A stretch of DNA of 63,930 bases, filler included, from Sandaracinaceae bacterium (GCA_947483975.1; 4 parts of 4 records of this genome joined end to end with filler, not necessarily neighbours in it), one strand, 5' to 3'. Positions 17,520 through 27,025 are shown, counted from the first letter of the whole stretch. The notes: generated by a model from the sequence alone, not told the origin. A program made the numbers and translations.

Positions 17520-20417
17520 TCAGGCGTCGTCGAGATCGCCGTCCGGCGCGGTGCCCGCGAGCTCCTGATAGAAGCGCCTCGAGAAGCTCTTGACCGGGTC
17601 GCCGCCGTCGTACGCGCGCTCACCCCGGATCTCCTGCGCGTCCCGCTTGGCTTCGTCCTCGAGCACGATGGCCTGCTGCGCGATGCGCATCAGGCGCTCG
17701 CCCTCGGTGGTGTCCTTCGCCGCGGCCTGCAGCGCCTTGCGCGAGCCGGCGTTCGCGGCGTGCGCGAGCGCGTAGGCGAAGCGATCCTCCGGGCTCTTCG
17801 GCTCCTTCGCGGCGCGGAGCAGCGGCCGATAGCTCGCCTGACCGAGCTCGCCCAAGATCCGGGCGATCTCCTTCCAAACGCCGCTCTTCTCGCTCTGCAA
17901 GAGGTGCAAGAGCGGCACGACGGCGCGCCGCAGCTTGAGCTGCCCGAGGATGATCGCCGACGCCTGCCGGACGAACGTCTTGCGCGCCGAGAGCCCGTCG
18001 ATCAGCACATCGCCGGCCGCCTCGCCGAAGCCGACGACCTTCGCCGCGACCCGCACGACCTCGGGGCGCGGCATCTTGCGGACGGCCTTGTAGACCGCGT
18101 CCACGAGCTCCACGTCCCCGCGGTTGCAGAGCTCGATGGCCGCGGCCCGCCGCGCGCTCGGATGATCGAGCAAGAGCACGAGCTCCGGCGGTCCCATCTG
18201 CGCGAGCTTGGAGAGGTCGACGTCTCGGCCGCCTCCCGCGCCCTCTTCGCCCTTGCCCTTGCGGATCGCCGTCCACGCGACGTCGTGCGTGTCGGAGTCG
18301 ATCGCGATCTCGTACTCGGCCGCGCCCGCGAGGAGCGCCTCCCAGTTGGTGCCCATCGCCTCGGGCGTGAGCCCGCCCTGAGTCTTCGTGGTCGCGGTCC
18401 GACGAAACGACTCGATCTGTCGCGTCACGAGCTCGCCCGGCTCGTTCGCGAGACCGAGCGTGACCGCGCGATCCCGCAGCGGCGCCGGCAGCGCCATGCC
18501 GAAGTCGATCGCGTCCTCGAGCACGCGCCGGAAGGTCGCGTCGATGAGCGCCCGCGGCACCGAGAGCACGAGCTGCGCGCGATCGATGCGCTCGGGCGAC
18601 GCCCACCCGCTGAGGCGCACGACGGCGAGCGCGGCTTCATGGGCCGAGGAGGCCGGGGGCGCGTCGTCGGCGAGGGTGAAGGGATGCCCGAGCTCCCGCA
18701 CCGGCGGCGGCGCAGCGAGCGCTCGCTCGCACGCGGTCGAGGCGTCGACCTGCGCGTCGTTGAGCTTCGCCGCGCGCTCGGCGACGAGCGAGGCGTTGGC
18801 CTCGCGCTGCGCGACGACCTCGATCGTGCGCAGGTAGCGGCCGTCCGCGGCATAGAGGGCGACGCGCGCCGCGAAGTGCCGACGAAGCGCGTCGAGCGCG
18901 GCACGCTGCGTCGAGGTGCGCGGGTCGATCGCCGCCCGACGAGCGTAGGGGCGCGCGTCGTCGCCCGCCGCGACGAGCGTCAGCAGGACGACCGGATATC
19001 CCTGCACGATCGCGAGCTGCACGAGCAGGTCCGCGCCCGTGTCGAACGCAGTCTCGCGCCCAGCATCGAGCCGCGCGAAGAGGCGGACGCCGTCCTCGAG
19101 CAGCACGTCCATCTCGCGCTCGGCGTCGCGGAGAAAGCCCGGAGGCGGCGGCACGGTCGCGCCCGGCACCGGCTCGGGCTCGACCTTGGCGGGCGCGCGA
19201 ATCGCCGACACGAGGGCCGCGCTGCCGATGGTCGTCTTGGCCTCGTCGAGCACGATCTCGTCAGTCGCAGGAGTCGAGGGCGTGGGCGCAGGACCGACGC
19301 CGGTGTCCTCCATCGACTCGACGCCATCGAGCTCGTCGAGCTCCTCGGCGACCTCCTCCTCGTCGACGAGCTCCTCGACGTCCTCCTCGGCGTCGTCCTC
19401 GACGTCGGTCGCGAGAGGTGCGCGAGCCTGGGCCGCGGGCGCCGGAGCGGGATCGCTTTGTCGTGCAGGCGGCGGCGGCGGCGGCTTGACCGAAGGCGCT
19501 CGCGGAGCGGGCGACGGCGCCGCGAGCGAGACGGACGACAGGGTCGCGAGCATCGGCGCGGGGGCCTCGGATGGGGGCGCGAGCGCGAGACGCGCGGCGG
19601 CCGCGCTCGCCGTCGACACGCGCTGAAGCTCCTCTTCACGCTCCCGGAGGGACGCCACGCGCGACTCGAGCTCCTCCTCGCGGAGGGTGAGATCGCGCTG
19701 GCTCGCCTCGATCTCCTCCTGCAGCGTCCTCAGCTCGTCCTCGCGTCCGGTCAGCGCCTCGCCGCGGGTCGCGATGCGCTCCTCGCGCTGCACGATCAGC
19801 TCCTCGCGGCGATGTAGCTCTCCCTCGCGCGTCGCGTGCTCCGCGTCACGTCGGGCGTGCTCCGCGCCCCGCTGGGCGTGCTCCGCTTCGCGCTTGGCGT
19901 GCTCCGCGTCGCGCTTGGCGTGCTCCGCTTCGCGCTTGGCGTGCTCGGTCTGCGACGCCACGACGACCGACTGCGCAAGATAGTTGGTGAGCTCACGCGT
20001 ACCGACGACAGCGGTCGCTTCGCGGACGTACGACGGCACGGCGTGCGTCGTGTCTTTGGCCACGCGGGTCAGGAGCGCGGCGCGCTCCTCCAGCGCGGTG
20101 TGCCGCAGCACCTCGGGCACCACGACGCAGAATTTCTTCGCGGCGGGATCGTGAAACACGAACGAGACGGCGAGCTCCTCGCCAGACTCGAAGCGATGCA
20201 GCCCGCCGGCGAGGGTCGGCTCCCGCAGCTTCGGATGCGTCGCGACGTTGACCGCGCGATAGACCTGGATCGAGCGCACCTGACCGTCTGGAAACGTGAC
20301 GAGCATCGGCTCGAGACGCGTCCGACCGTCCTCGCCTGCGTACGGGCCCTCCTCCGCCGACGCAGCGGAAGCCCCAGACGAATGCATTGCTTTCCCGACG
20401 GTCGATCCGGTGTCCAT
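17520..20417 (-). CDS. Large hypothetical protein: CpXC-like N-domain, coiled coil, acidic/Pro linker, C-terminal HEAT repeats
   Basis: GAGGAG RBS before ATG 20417; VYRAVNV...LREPTLAGGLH..FHDP; HAKREAE heptads; VRQASAIILGQLK..RAVVPLLHLL. Confidence 0.7.
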   Translation of the reverse strand: MDTGSTVGKAMHSSGASAASAEEGPYAGEDGRTRLEPMLVTFPDGQVRSIQVYRAVNVATHPKLREPTLAGGLHRFESGEELAVSFVFHDPAAKKFCVVVPEVLRHTALEERAALLTRVAKDTTHAVPSYVREATAVVGTRELTNYLAQSVVVASQTEHAKREAEHAKRDAEHAKREAEHAQRGAEHARRDAEHATREGELHRREELIVQREERIATRGEALTGREDELRTLQEEIEASQRDLTLREEELESRVASLREREEELQRVSTASAAAARLALAPPSEAPAPMLATLSSVSLAAPSPAPRAPSVKPPPPPPARQSDPAPAPAAQARAPLATDVEDDAEEDVEELVDEEEVAEELDELDGVESMEDTGVGPAPTPSTPATDEIVLDEAKTTIGSAALVSAIRAPAKVEPEPVPGATVPPPPGFLRDAEREMDVLLEDGVRLFARLDAGRETAFDTGADLLVQLAIVQGYPVVLLTLVAAGDDARPYARRAAIDPRTSTQRAALDALRRHFAARVALYAADGRYLRTIEVVAQREANASLVAERAAKLNDAQVDASTACERALAAPPPVRELGHPFTLADDAPPASSAHEAALAVVRLSGWASPERIDRAQLVLSVPRALIDATFRRVLEDAIDFGMALPAPLRDRAVTLGLANEPGELVTRQIESFRRTATTKTQGGLTPEAMGTNWEALLAGAAEYEIAIDSDTHDVAWTAIRKGKGEEGAGGGRDVDLSKLAQMGPPELVLLLDHPSARRAAAIELCNRGDVELVDAVYKAVRKMPRPEVVRVAAKVVGFGEAAGDVLIDGLSARKTFVRQASAIILGQLKLRRAVVPLLHLLQSEKSGVWKEIARILGELGQASYRPLLRAAKEPKSPEDRFAYALAHAANAGSRKALQAAAKDTTEGERLMRIAQQAIVLEDEAKRDAQEIRGERAYDGGDPVKSFSRRFYQELAGTAPDGDLDDA
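19830..19946 (-). repeat. Coding 21-bp heptad repeat (EHAKREA)
   Basis: gcgtgctccgc(t/g)tcgcgcttg-type units, ~5-6 degenerate copies; boundaries approximate. Confidence 0.8.
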
Positions 20418-20523
20418 GCGAGCTCCTCGGAGTCGGATCGGTAACACGAAACGGCGCAGGATCCGCACGCTTCGTGCGTCGAACGGGTGAGACTCGTCGC
20501 AGCGCCCTATACTGGCGCCATCC

Positions 20524-21129
20524 ATGGACTCCACTTCACGTCCCGACGCGCCGCCTGACCACGTGCGCGATCTCGCCGAGGGCTGCGTACGCTTCGTCGA
20601 GCGCGCGCTCGGCATCACCCTCGACTACACCCCCGAGACGCTGCCGCTCCTCGACCATTGGCTGCGCACCGGGGAGGCGCGGGAGAAGGAGGAGGTCCTC
20701 GAGCTCGCCGCGCCCGCGGCAGGCGCGTACTTCGGGGAGGTCGTGCGGCGCGCCCTCGGCGACGCCCGCTGGCACGCGCCAGCCGGGGCGCCGGCCGCTT
20801 GGCGCCTCGAGTACGAGCACGTCTTCCTGTCGTTCAACCCCGTCGGCGTGGCGCTCGAGGCCGCGCTCGGGGAGCACGTCGAAGGCTGGGCGACGCACTT
20901 CCAGCTGCTCCCCGTCGACCGCGAGACGGTCGAAGAGGGCCTCGAGCGGACAGGCGGCGACGTGCGCGAGGAGGACTACTTCCGCCTGGCGGTGCGCTAC
21001 GAGGTCGTCGAGCAGATCGTCGAGACGCTCCGCGCGCTCGCCACGGCGCGGAACGAGAGCGAGCGCTACTTCGGTGCAGAGCTCTACGCCGCGAGCGTCA
21101 CCGACACCGGGCCGCGCGCGCTCCACTGA
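20524..21129 (+). CDS. Hypothetical protein, DUF3806/DUF6278-like
   Basis: GITLDYTPETLPLLDHWL...AGAYFGEVVRR...W pattern; GC3-rich codons. Confidence 0.7.
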   Translation: MDSTSRPDAPPDHVRDLAEGCVRFVERALGITLDYTPETLPLLDHWLRTGEAREKEEVLELAAPAAGAYFGEVVRRALGDARWHAPAGAPAAWRLEYEHVFLSFNPVGVALEAALGEHVEGWATHFQLLPVDRETVEEGLERTGGDVREEDYFRLAVRYEVVEQIVETLRALATARNESERYFGAELYAASVTDTGPRALH

Positions 21130-21190
21130 GCGCACCGGCGGCAGCACGCGAGCTGGCGACGCGCGTCGAGCGCCGGAGCCCGGCGCGCCG

Positions 21191-22450
21191 CTACTGCGCG
21201 GCGCCGTTGAAGCGCGTGAAGCCCTCGGGCACCGTAGGGCTGGTATCGACCGTCGCCGCGACCACGACGCCGCTGACGACGACGACGCCAATCGCCGTCC
21301 AGAACCACCACTGCTGCCAGAGCGGGCGGGCGCGCTCGACGACGCGGGGCGCCGCGTCCTCGGGTGCTTCGACGTTCCCCGTCAGGTCCACGTGGTCGTA
21401 GAGCTCGGCGACGAGCGCGGTCGTGCGCTCTGTGGCTTCCGCGTCGGGCACCGTCGCGCGGCGCTCCTTGAGGAGAAAGCGAGTGCGAAAATCGTAGAGG
21501 TAGAGCGCGACGTCGATGCCTCCGCCCTGACCGGGACGGAGCAAGCCGATCACCGCCTGGTTGGCGAACAGATAGCCCGTCAGGCCCGAGATGATCGGCC
21601 CGGCGCGCTCCTCGCCGAGCTCCGTCGGGAGCCGCGAGAGGTCGCGCTCGAGCAGCAGCGCCCGCTGGATCGGCTGCAGCGGAAAGCGCGCGGTCGCCGT
21701 GCGATCACGCTCGACGGTGACGCGGGCGATGAGCTTCTCGAAGCCGACGCGCTTGATGGTGACGAAGTGGTCGCCGATCAGGAGCCCGTCGGCGATCGCG
21801 GGCGCCGGACCGAAGCTGCGCCCGTCGACGAAGACCTCTGCGCCGGCTGGCTCCGTGACGATCTGCACCGAGCCGCGCGCCCCCGCGAGCACCCGCGCGC
21901 TCGTCTGAGCGAAGAGCGCGGCGTAATCCGCCGGGTAACGCGTGGCGTCGTACTCGATGGACTCGCGAAACGTGATGACGCGGGCGAAGCCCTCCGCGCA
22001 TTGGCGGCGCTGGTTGAGGCGGCAGGCCGCCACCGCGTCGAGCATGTAGGCGTCGGTCAGCGCCGCGCGCTTCACCGACACCAGCGCCATCTCGAACACC
22101 TGGATCGCTGCCTGCGCGCGCCGCTGCCCCTCGGCCGCGTCCCCGCTGCTGACGAGCTCCACGATCGCGTCGAGGTCGTCGATCGCCGTCTGGATCTCCT
22201 CCGGCACGCTCGCGTCGGACAGGAGGTCGACCGGATCGGCGAAGCGCAGGCGCGCATCGGCCTCGAGCCCTCGACGAACCCCCACGCCGACCCTCGTCGC
22301 CTGCTGCGCCGAGACGCCCTCCTGCGTGACGAGCAGCGCGGTCGCCGTCACGCGGCGCGCCTCGCCCTCTTGCGCGCGCACGGGCAGAGCGAGGCCGACC
22401 AAGACCGAGGCGAACGCAACCAGCGAGAACGTCGAGTAGATGGCGCGCAT
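21191..22450 (-). CDS. PEGA domain-containing membrane-anchored protein
   Basis: Signal peptide; GSVQIVTEPAGAEVFVDG...P..ADGLLIGDHFV; PLWQQWWFWTAIGVVV anchor. Confidence 0.85.
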   Translation of the reverse strand: MRAIYSTFSLVAFASVLVGLALPVRAQEGEARRVTATALLVTQEGVSAQQATRVGVGVRRGLEADARLRFADPVDLLSDASVPEEIQTAIDDLDAIVELVSSGDAAEGQRRAQAAIQVFEMALVSVKRAALTDAYMLDAVAACRLNQRRQCAEGFARVITFRESIEYDATRYPADYAALFAQTSARVLAGARGSVQIVTEPAGAEVFVDGRSFGPAPAIADGLLIGDHFVTIKRVGFEKLIARVTVERDRTATARFPLQPIQRALLLERDLSRLPTELGEERAGPIISGLTGYLFANQAVIGLLRPGQGGGIDVALYLYDFRTRFLLKERRATVPDAEATERTTALVAELYDHVDLTGNVEAPEDAAPRVVERARPLWQQWWFWTAIGVVVVSGVVVAATVDTSPTVPEGFTRFNGAAQ

Positions 22451-22453
22451 GAC

Positions 22454-23812
22454 TCAGAATTGCAGGATGACTTGGCCGCCAGGATCCTGGCCGAGCTGCG
22501 TCCCGCCGCCCGTCGCGAGGACGATGGCGACGACCGCGCCGATCACCACGACGCCACCGACCGCGCTCCAGAACCACCACTTGCCGAGGACCGAGCCGCC
22601 TCCGCTGTGGGTCGGCGGAGGGGCCGTCACGATCGGATCACGCCGAGCCGGGATGCGCTCGTGATCGTCGGTCTGCTGCGCGCGGAGGCCCGCCTCGAGG
22701 CCGCCCGCGACGAGCCGCTGCACCCCGAGCTCGAGGGCGCTGCCCTCGGTCGTGACCTCGCCTGCGCCGCGCAGCAAGCGTCGCCCGCTCGCCACATCGA
22801 AGAGGAGAAGCTCGAGCTCGACCTGTCCGTCGGTCGTGCCCTCGGCGACGCGAATGACCCCGATCTTCTGAAGCTCGAGCGAACTGGCGATGGCCGCGAT
22901 CGGCCCGTTGCGATCGAGGCGCTCGACGCTCGCGTCCGCGATGCTCGCAAATGCATCGTGGAGCCCAGGGGTCGCCGCGTTGTCCTCCATGAAGGCATTG
23001 ACGGACCCGGTACCGCCGCGCCGCAGCTCGACCGGCTGCACGAACGGCGTCGCGCCAGCGCGCGTCACCCGGACGATGTGCTGCCCCGAGACGAGCCCGC
23101 CGACGGTCATCGGCGTGAGCCCCCGCGGGACGAAGTCGACGTAGACGATCGCGCCCGGCGGATCACTCCCGACGGTGACGCTCGCGGTGCCTGCCGTGGC
23201 GTCCGGCGGAGCAGCCGCCTGAAACTTCTGGACGACCTGCGGGTTGAACTCGTTGGGATCAGGCGCGACCCCGCGCATCTGCGTGTGCAGGCGTCGGAAG
23301 ACGCGCGCAGCGTCACGGTCTCGGCCCTCGAGCTGATACGACGCGCCGAGCAGCAGCAGCGACTGACCGAGATCGGTCGGATCCTCGACGGCGACCGCCG
23401 CCGCGTCGAAGTCCTCGACCGCGCCGGCAAGCTCGCCGATCGCGTCCGCCATCTGCAGGTTGGTGTACGCGTCCCGCCCGGCATTGAGCCGGGTGCGGGC
23501 GCGGAGCAGCCGCTCGGCCACCGCCTGATCGTAGCCGAGGAAGCGCTGGTCGGGCGTCTGCCAGTCGACGCCCTCGACCCGACGCAGCGCCGCGCGCGCC
23601 GCCGCACCGACCCGCGCCGAGACCGGCTCGAGCTCCGGCGCGCGAGCGACGGACACGATGTAGACGCTCGGTGAAGCGTCCACCTGAGTAGGCGCAGCGC
23701 GCTCGGGCTCTTGCGCGCGAGCCGCCGGAGCGACTCCCACGATGAACCCGAGCACGAGAAGCAGAGCACCGAACCGCGAGAAGAGAGGCGTTCGAGTCAG
23801 GTCATCGACCAC
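22454..23812 (-). CDS. PEGA domain-containing membrane-anchored protein (start uncertain)
   Basis: Signal peptide; SDPPGAIVYVD...GLTP...GQHIVRV; KWWFWSAVGGVV anchor. Confidence 0.85.
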   Translation of the reverse strand: MVDDLTRTPLFSRFGALLLVLGFIVGVAPAARAQEPERAAPTQVDASPSVYIVSVARAPELEPVSARVGAAARAALRRVEGVDWQTPDQRFLGYDQAVAERLLRARTRLNAGRDAYTNLQMADAIGELAGAVEDFDAAAVAVEDPTDLGQSLLLLGASYQLEGRDRDAARVFRRLHTQMRGVAPDPNEFNPQVVQKFQAAAPPDATAGTASVTVGSDPPGAIVYVDFVPRGLTPMTVGGLVSGQHIVRVTRAGATPFVQPVELRRGGTGSVNAFMEDNAATPGLHDAFASIADASVERLDRNGPIAAIASSLELQKIGVIRVAEGTTDGQVELELLLFDVASGRRLLRGAGEVTTEGSALELGVQRLVAGGLEAGLRAQQTDDHERIPARRDPIVTAPPPTHSGGGSVLGKWWFWSAVGGVVVIGAVVAIVLATGGGTQLGQDPGGQVILQF

Positions 23813-24176
23813 GTTCTAGGTCCTTGCTGAGCTGAGAGAGCGTGGGGTCAGACACGAGGGCGTCACGCAACATGGCCTCGAGCTCGAGGCGCTTGGCCGG
23901 CGAAAGTCCCGCAGCGTCGGCCTTCGCGAGCGCCTTGTCGACGAGCTTGTTCACGACGGTGTCGGCGTCGATGCGCCCGGCCCGAAGGTCATGCGCAAGC
24001 GCGGCGGCGACGGTCTTCGGCTCGGCGCGCGCCGCAGCTGCGACGGGCTCGTCGAGCGTCTTCCGGAACGCATCGGACGGTGCCTTGGGCCCGCTACCGC
24101 GCACGGCGTCGATGCCGCCGTCGCCGGCGGGCGGCAGGGAGGGAGACTTCCCAGAGGGAGGCTTGATGGACGACAT
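23802..24176 (-). CDS. Small hypothetical protein, disordered N-terminus and helical C-terminus
   Basis: GAGAGG upstream of ATG; GC3-rich frame; overlaps the next PEGA gene. Confidence 0.7.
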   Translation of the reverse strand: MSSIKPPSGKSPSLPPAGDGGIDAVRGSGPKAPSDAFRKTLDEPVAAAARAEPKTVAAALAHDLRAGRIDADTVVNKLVDKALAKADAAGLSPAKRLELEAMLRDALVSDPTLSQLSKDLERGR

Positions 24177-24243
24177 GAGGCCCTCTCAGCGTAGCCGCAT
24201 CGCGCGCGGGGCCGCAAGGGTGGCCGCGCACGATGAGGCTCCT

Positions 24244-24720
24244 TCAGCGGATGTTTCCGATCGCGTTCTTCACGGTCTCGTGGCGCGCCTTGAGGACGTT
24301 CGACAGCGCGCTGTACCGGCGATTCTCAGACTGCAGCTGCTCTTGGATCTTCAGGAAGTACATGTTCTGGTCTGCCGACTGCGCGAGCGTGCTCTCCACC
24401 GAGGCGGCCGCGGTGTCTCCCCCGAGCGGCGCCTCGACGCCCTCGGCGGTGCCCGTACCGCTGGACCCGCGGAGGGCGGTGGAGGCGGCGCCGAGGTCGC
24501 CGGCGCGCACGCTGGAGCTGGTCGCCCCGCGCACGGCCGCGGTCACGATGGAGCCGCCAGGAACGGCTCCTGCGGCGGCTTCGAGGCCGCCGAGCACGAC
24601 GTCGGCAGAGTCGGAGAGGGCCTGACGGAAGCGGCCGACCACGCCCGTCGGTGTGGCCCGGACGGTGGTGGCTTCGACGCGGGTGAGGGTGGGAATCGAG
24701 TAGCTGATCGGGGTCGGCAT
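24244..24720 (-). CDS. Putative T3SS needle/rod-like (SctF-like) protein
   Basis: AAAGGA RBS; C-terminus LKIQEQLQSENRRYSALSNVLKARHETVKNAIGNIR* parallels the PrgI end (QSNTVKVFKDIDAAIIQNFR). CDS is solid; function is inferred. Confidence 0.55.
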   Translation of the reverse strand: MPTPISYSIPTLTRVEATTVRATPTGVVGRFRQALSDSADVVLGGLEAAAGAVPGGSIVTAAVRGATSSSVRAGDLGAASTALRGSSGTGTAEGVEAPLGGDTAAASVESTLAQSADQNMYFLKIQEQLQSENRRYSALSNVLKARHETVKNAIGNIR

Positions 24721-24865
24721 GGGCGTGTTTCCTTTTGGTGGGAGGCGTGGGTGGAGTGACGAACGCGCCCCTTATCGCCGCCTCAACCGGCCGGTTGCGC
24801 CCCTTGACACTCGTACGGCGCAGTTCCCATATGACTCACGTTCGAAACTGTCAGGAGCGTGTGCT

Positions 24866-25438
24866 GTGGCCGATGACGACGCCGAGGGACCAGAGAGCCC
24901 GAGAGACGAGCCCTCCCTCGACCGCTTACCGGTCGCTGCGGGAGCGTCGGCCGACCGCCCCGCGCGCGCCGACCGCGCCTATCTGACAACGGGCGACATG
25001 GCGCGCCTCGCCGGGAGCACGCTCCGCACTGTTCGCTTCTATGAGGAGGCCGGGCTGCTCAGCGTCGCGAGGAACGAAGGCGGTCACCGCCTCTTCGACG
25101 AGCGCTCGCTGCACAAGCTGCGGCTCGCCTCGGACCTGCGCGAGGCGGGGCTCTCGCTGCAGGAGATCAAAGAGCTCTTCGAGCTCAAAGCCAACTGCGG
25201 TACGGCAGAGGAGGCGAGCTCCCGCCTGGCCGACCACCTCGGCTCGCGCATCGAGGAGATGCAGCAGAAGATCTCGCTCCTTCGCCGCCTGCGCGAGGAG
25301 CTGGCGTCCGCGATCGCAGTCATCGAAGAGTGCAGCACCTGCAGCGACAAGCGCACTTTTCCCGAGCGCTGCTGCACCTGCGAGGCGTTCGAGCGGCCGG
25401 ATATGCCGCGGGCGGCGCGCATCTTCTGGAGCACCTGA
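24866..25438 (+). CDS. MerR-family regulator with Cys-rich C-terminus
   Basis: AGGAG RBS before GTG 24866; YLTTGDMARLAGSTLRTVRFYEEAGLL...GGHRLF, GLSLQEIKEL; CSTC...CCTC. Confidence 0.88.
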   Translation: MADDDAEGPESPRDEPSLDRLPVAAGASADRPARADRAYLTTGDMARLAGSTLRTVRFYEEAGLLSVARNEGGHRLFDERSLHKLRLASDLREAGLSLQEIKELFELKANCGTAEEASSRLADHLGSRIEEMQQKISLLRRLREELASAIAVIEECSTCSDKRTFPERCCTCEAFERPDMPRAARIFWST

Positions 25439-25440
25439 GC

Positions 25441-26082
25441 GTGCCTCGAGAGGGTGTTGCCCCCAGCGTTGAGACCGCCGCGTCGGGCCGTCCAGCCGTC
25501 GATTTGCAGCGAGCGGCGGCGGCGATCGAGGACTTCTTGCGCGCGCTCGGCGCGCCCCTCGGCACCGATCCCGAGCTGGCCGACACCGGCAGGCGAGTCG
25601 CCGAGGCCTTCGCGCTGGACCTCCTCTCCGGCTATGGCGACGACCCCGCCGCGATTCTCGCGGACTCGACCAGCTCCGGCTCTCGCGGTCTCGTCGTCGT
25701 CTCCAACCTGGCCGCGTCGACGGTCTGCCCCCATCATCTGCTGCCCGCGATGGGTCGAGTGCACGTCGGATATCTGCCGGGTGAGCGCGTGGTCGGCCTC
25801 GGCGCCATCGGGCGGCTGGTCGACTGCTTCTCGCGGCGCCTTTCGCTGCAGGAAGACATCGGTCAGCAGATCGCCGACGCGCTCGTGACGCACCTCGGCG
25901 CGCGGGCAGCCGGCGTCGGCATCGACTTCGTTCAGGGCTGCGTCGCTGCGCGGGGCGAGCGGCGCCACGACGCGCACGCCTACACCCTGGCTTTCGCAGG
26001 TCGCTACGCCGACGACGCTGCGCTCCGGGCGGAGCTCGTGCAGGTATTCCCTCGGGCCGGCTCAGGCGAGCGCTCCCCGTGA
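25441..26082 (+). CDS. folE: GTP cyclohydrolase I-like protein (divergent active site)
   Basis: TGRRVAEA, CPHHLLP, GRVHVGYLP...VVGL, FSRRLSLQE, C...RG. Confidence 0.75.
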   Translation: MPREGVAPSVETAASGRPAVDLQRAAAAIEDFLRALGAPLGTDPELADTGRRVAEAFALDLLSGYGDDPAAILADSTSSGSRGLVVVSNLAASTVCPHHLLPAMGRVHVGYLPGERVVGLGAIGRLVDCFSRRLSLQEDIGQQIADALVTHLGARAAGVGIDFVQGCVAARGERRHDAHAYTLAFAGRYADDAALRAELVQVFPRAGSGERSP

Positions 26083-26143
26083 GCGATACGGGCTACGCCG
26101 CGTCGAGCGGGTAGCCCTATCTGTTCCCGCGCGAGCGCGTCCG

Positions 26144-26866
26144 CTACTCGCTGCGAACGTCGCGCACGGGCGCGAGGGCGTCCGCGAGGTGCGCGGTCGG
26201 CTCCTCGGGGGCCGGGGGCGCCTCTGCGTCGTGCGCGAGGTCGGCGACATCGACGAGGTGCCCCATGCGGGCACGCTTGGTGTCGAGATACGCCCGGCTC
26301 AGGTCATTGAGCTGCACGCGAACGGGGACGCGGGAAGACACCACGACGCCGTCGGCGCGCAGGAGCTTCACCTTCGACGGGTTGTTCGTCATCAGCGCCA
26401 CCGACCGCACGCCGAGGTCGGTCAGCATCCGGGCTGCGACGTGGTAGCGGCGCAGGTCGTCGGCGAAGCCGAGCATGCGGTTCGCATCGACCGTGTCGGC
26501 GCCCTTCGCCTGCAGGGCGTAGGCGCGGATCTTGTTGCCGAGCCCGATGCCTCGGCCCTCCTGCCGCAGGTAGAGCACCATACCCGCGCCCTCCGCGCTG
26601 ATCTTCTTCAGCGCGAAGCCGAGCTGCTCGCCACAGTCGCACTTGAGCGAGTGCAGCACCTCGCCCGTGAAGCACTCCGAGTGCACGCGGCAGAGGACGT
26701 CGCTCTTCCCCTCGACGTCGCCCTTCACGATGGCGACGTGCTCATGCGGCGTGTTCCGCTCGTGGAACACCAGCACGCGGAAGGTGCCGTACTCGGTCGG
26801 GATCTCTGCCTCAGCGTAGAGGAACACGGCGGGCTCCAACTTGCGGGCAGGGTACGGGGGCGACAT
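26144..26866 (-). CDS. ribA: GTP cyclohydrolase II
   Basis: IPTEYGTF, RVHSECFTGE..SLKCDCGEQL, YLRQEGRGIGL.NKIRAY.LQ, MTNNP.K, YLDTKRARMGH. Confidence 0.95.
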   Translation of the reverse strand: MSPPYPARKLEPAVFLYAEAEIPTEYGTFRVLVFHERNTPHEHVAIVKGDVEGKSDVLCRVHSECFTGEVLHSLKCDCGEQLGFALKKISAEGAGMVLYLRQEGRGIGLGNKIRAYALQAKGADTVDANRMLGFADDLRRYHVAARMLTDLGVRSVALMTNNPSKVKLLRADGVVVSSRVPVRVQLNDLSRAYLDTKRARMGHLVDVADLAHDAEAPPAPEEPTAHLADALAPVRDVRSE

Positions 26867-27025
26867 GGGCGGCTGTTCCTTCGACGGCGCGGAGCGCTCG
26901 GACTGTAGGGCCTTGGGGGGGCGGGTCAAGATCGCCCGGCGTTGGGGCGGGCGATCGGTGGGACGCGATTGCGTCGGGACCGGGAGCGGGTCAGAAACGC
27001 TCACGATGCGCGCTGAGGAGAGATC

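Noticed and set aside
20387..23674. 1095-aa plus-strand ORF
   Set aside because: Arg-rich shadow overlapping better-supported PEGA and DUF genes; the same applies to most overlapping ORFs in the track.
24804..24835. MerR-type long-spacer promoter (TTGACA...TATGAC)
   Set aside because: Weak -10 and no clear dyad in the spacer; not supported enough to call.
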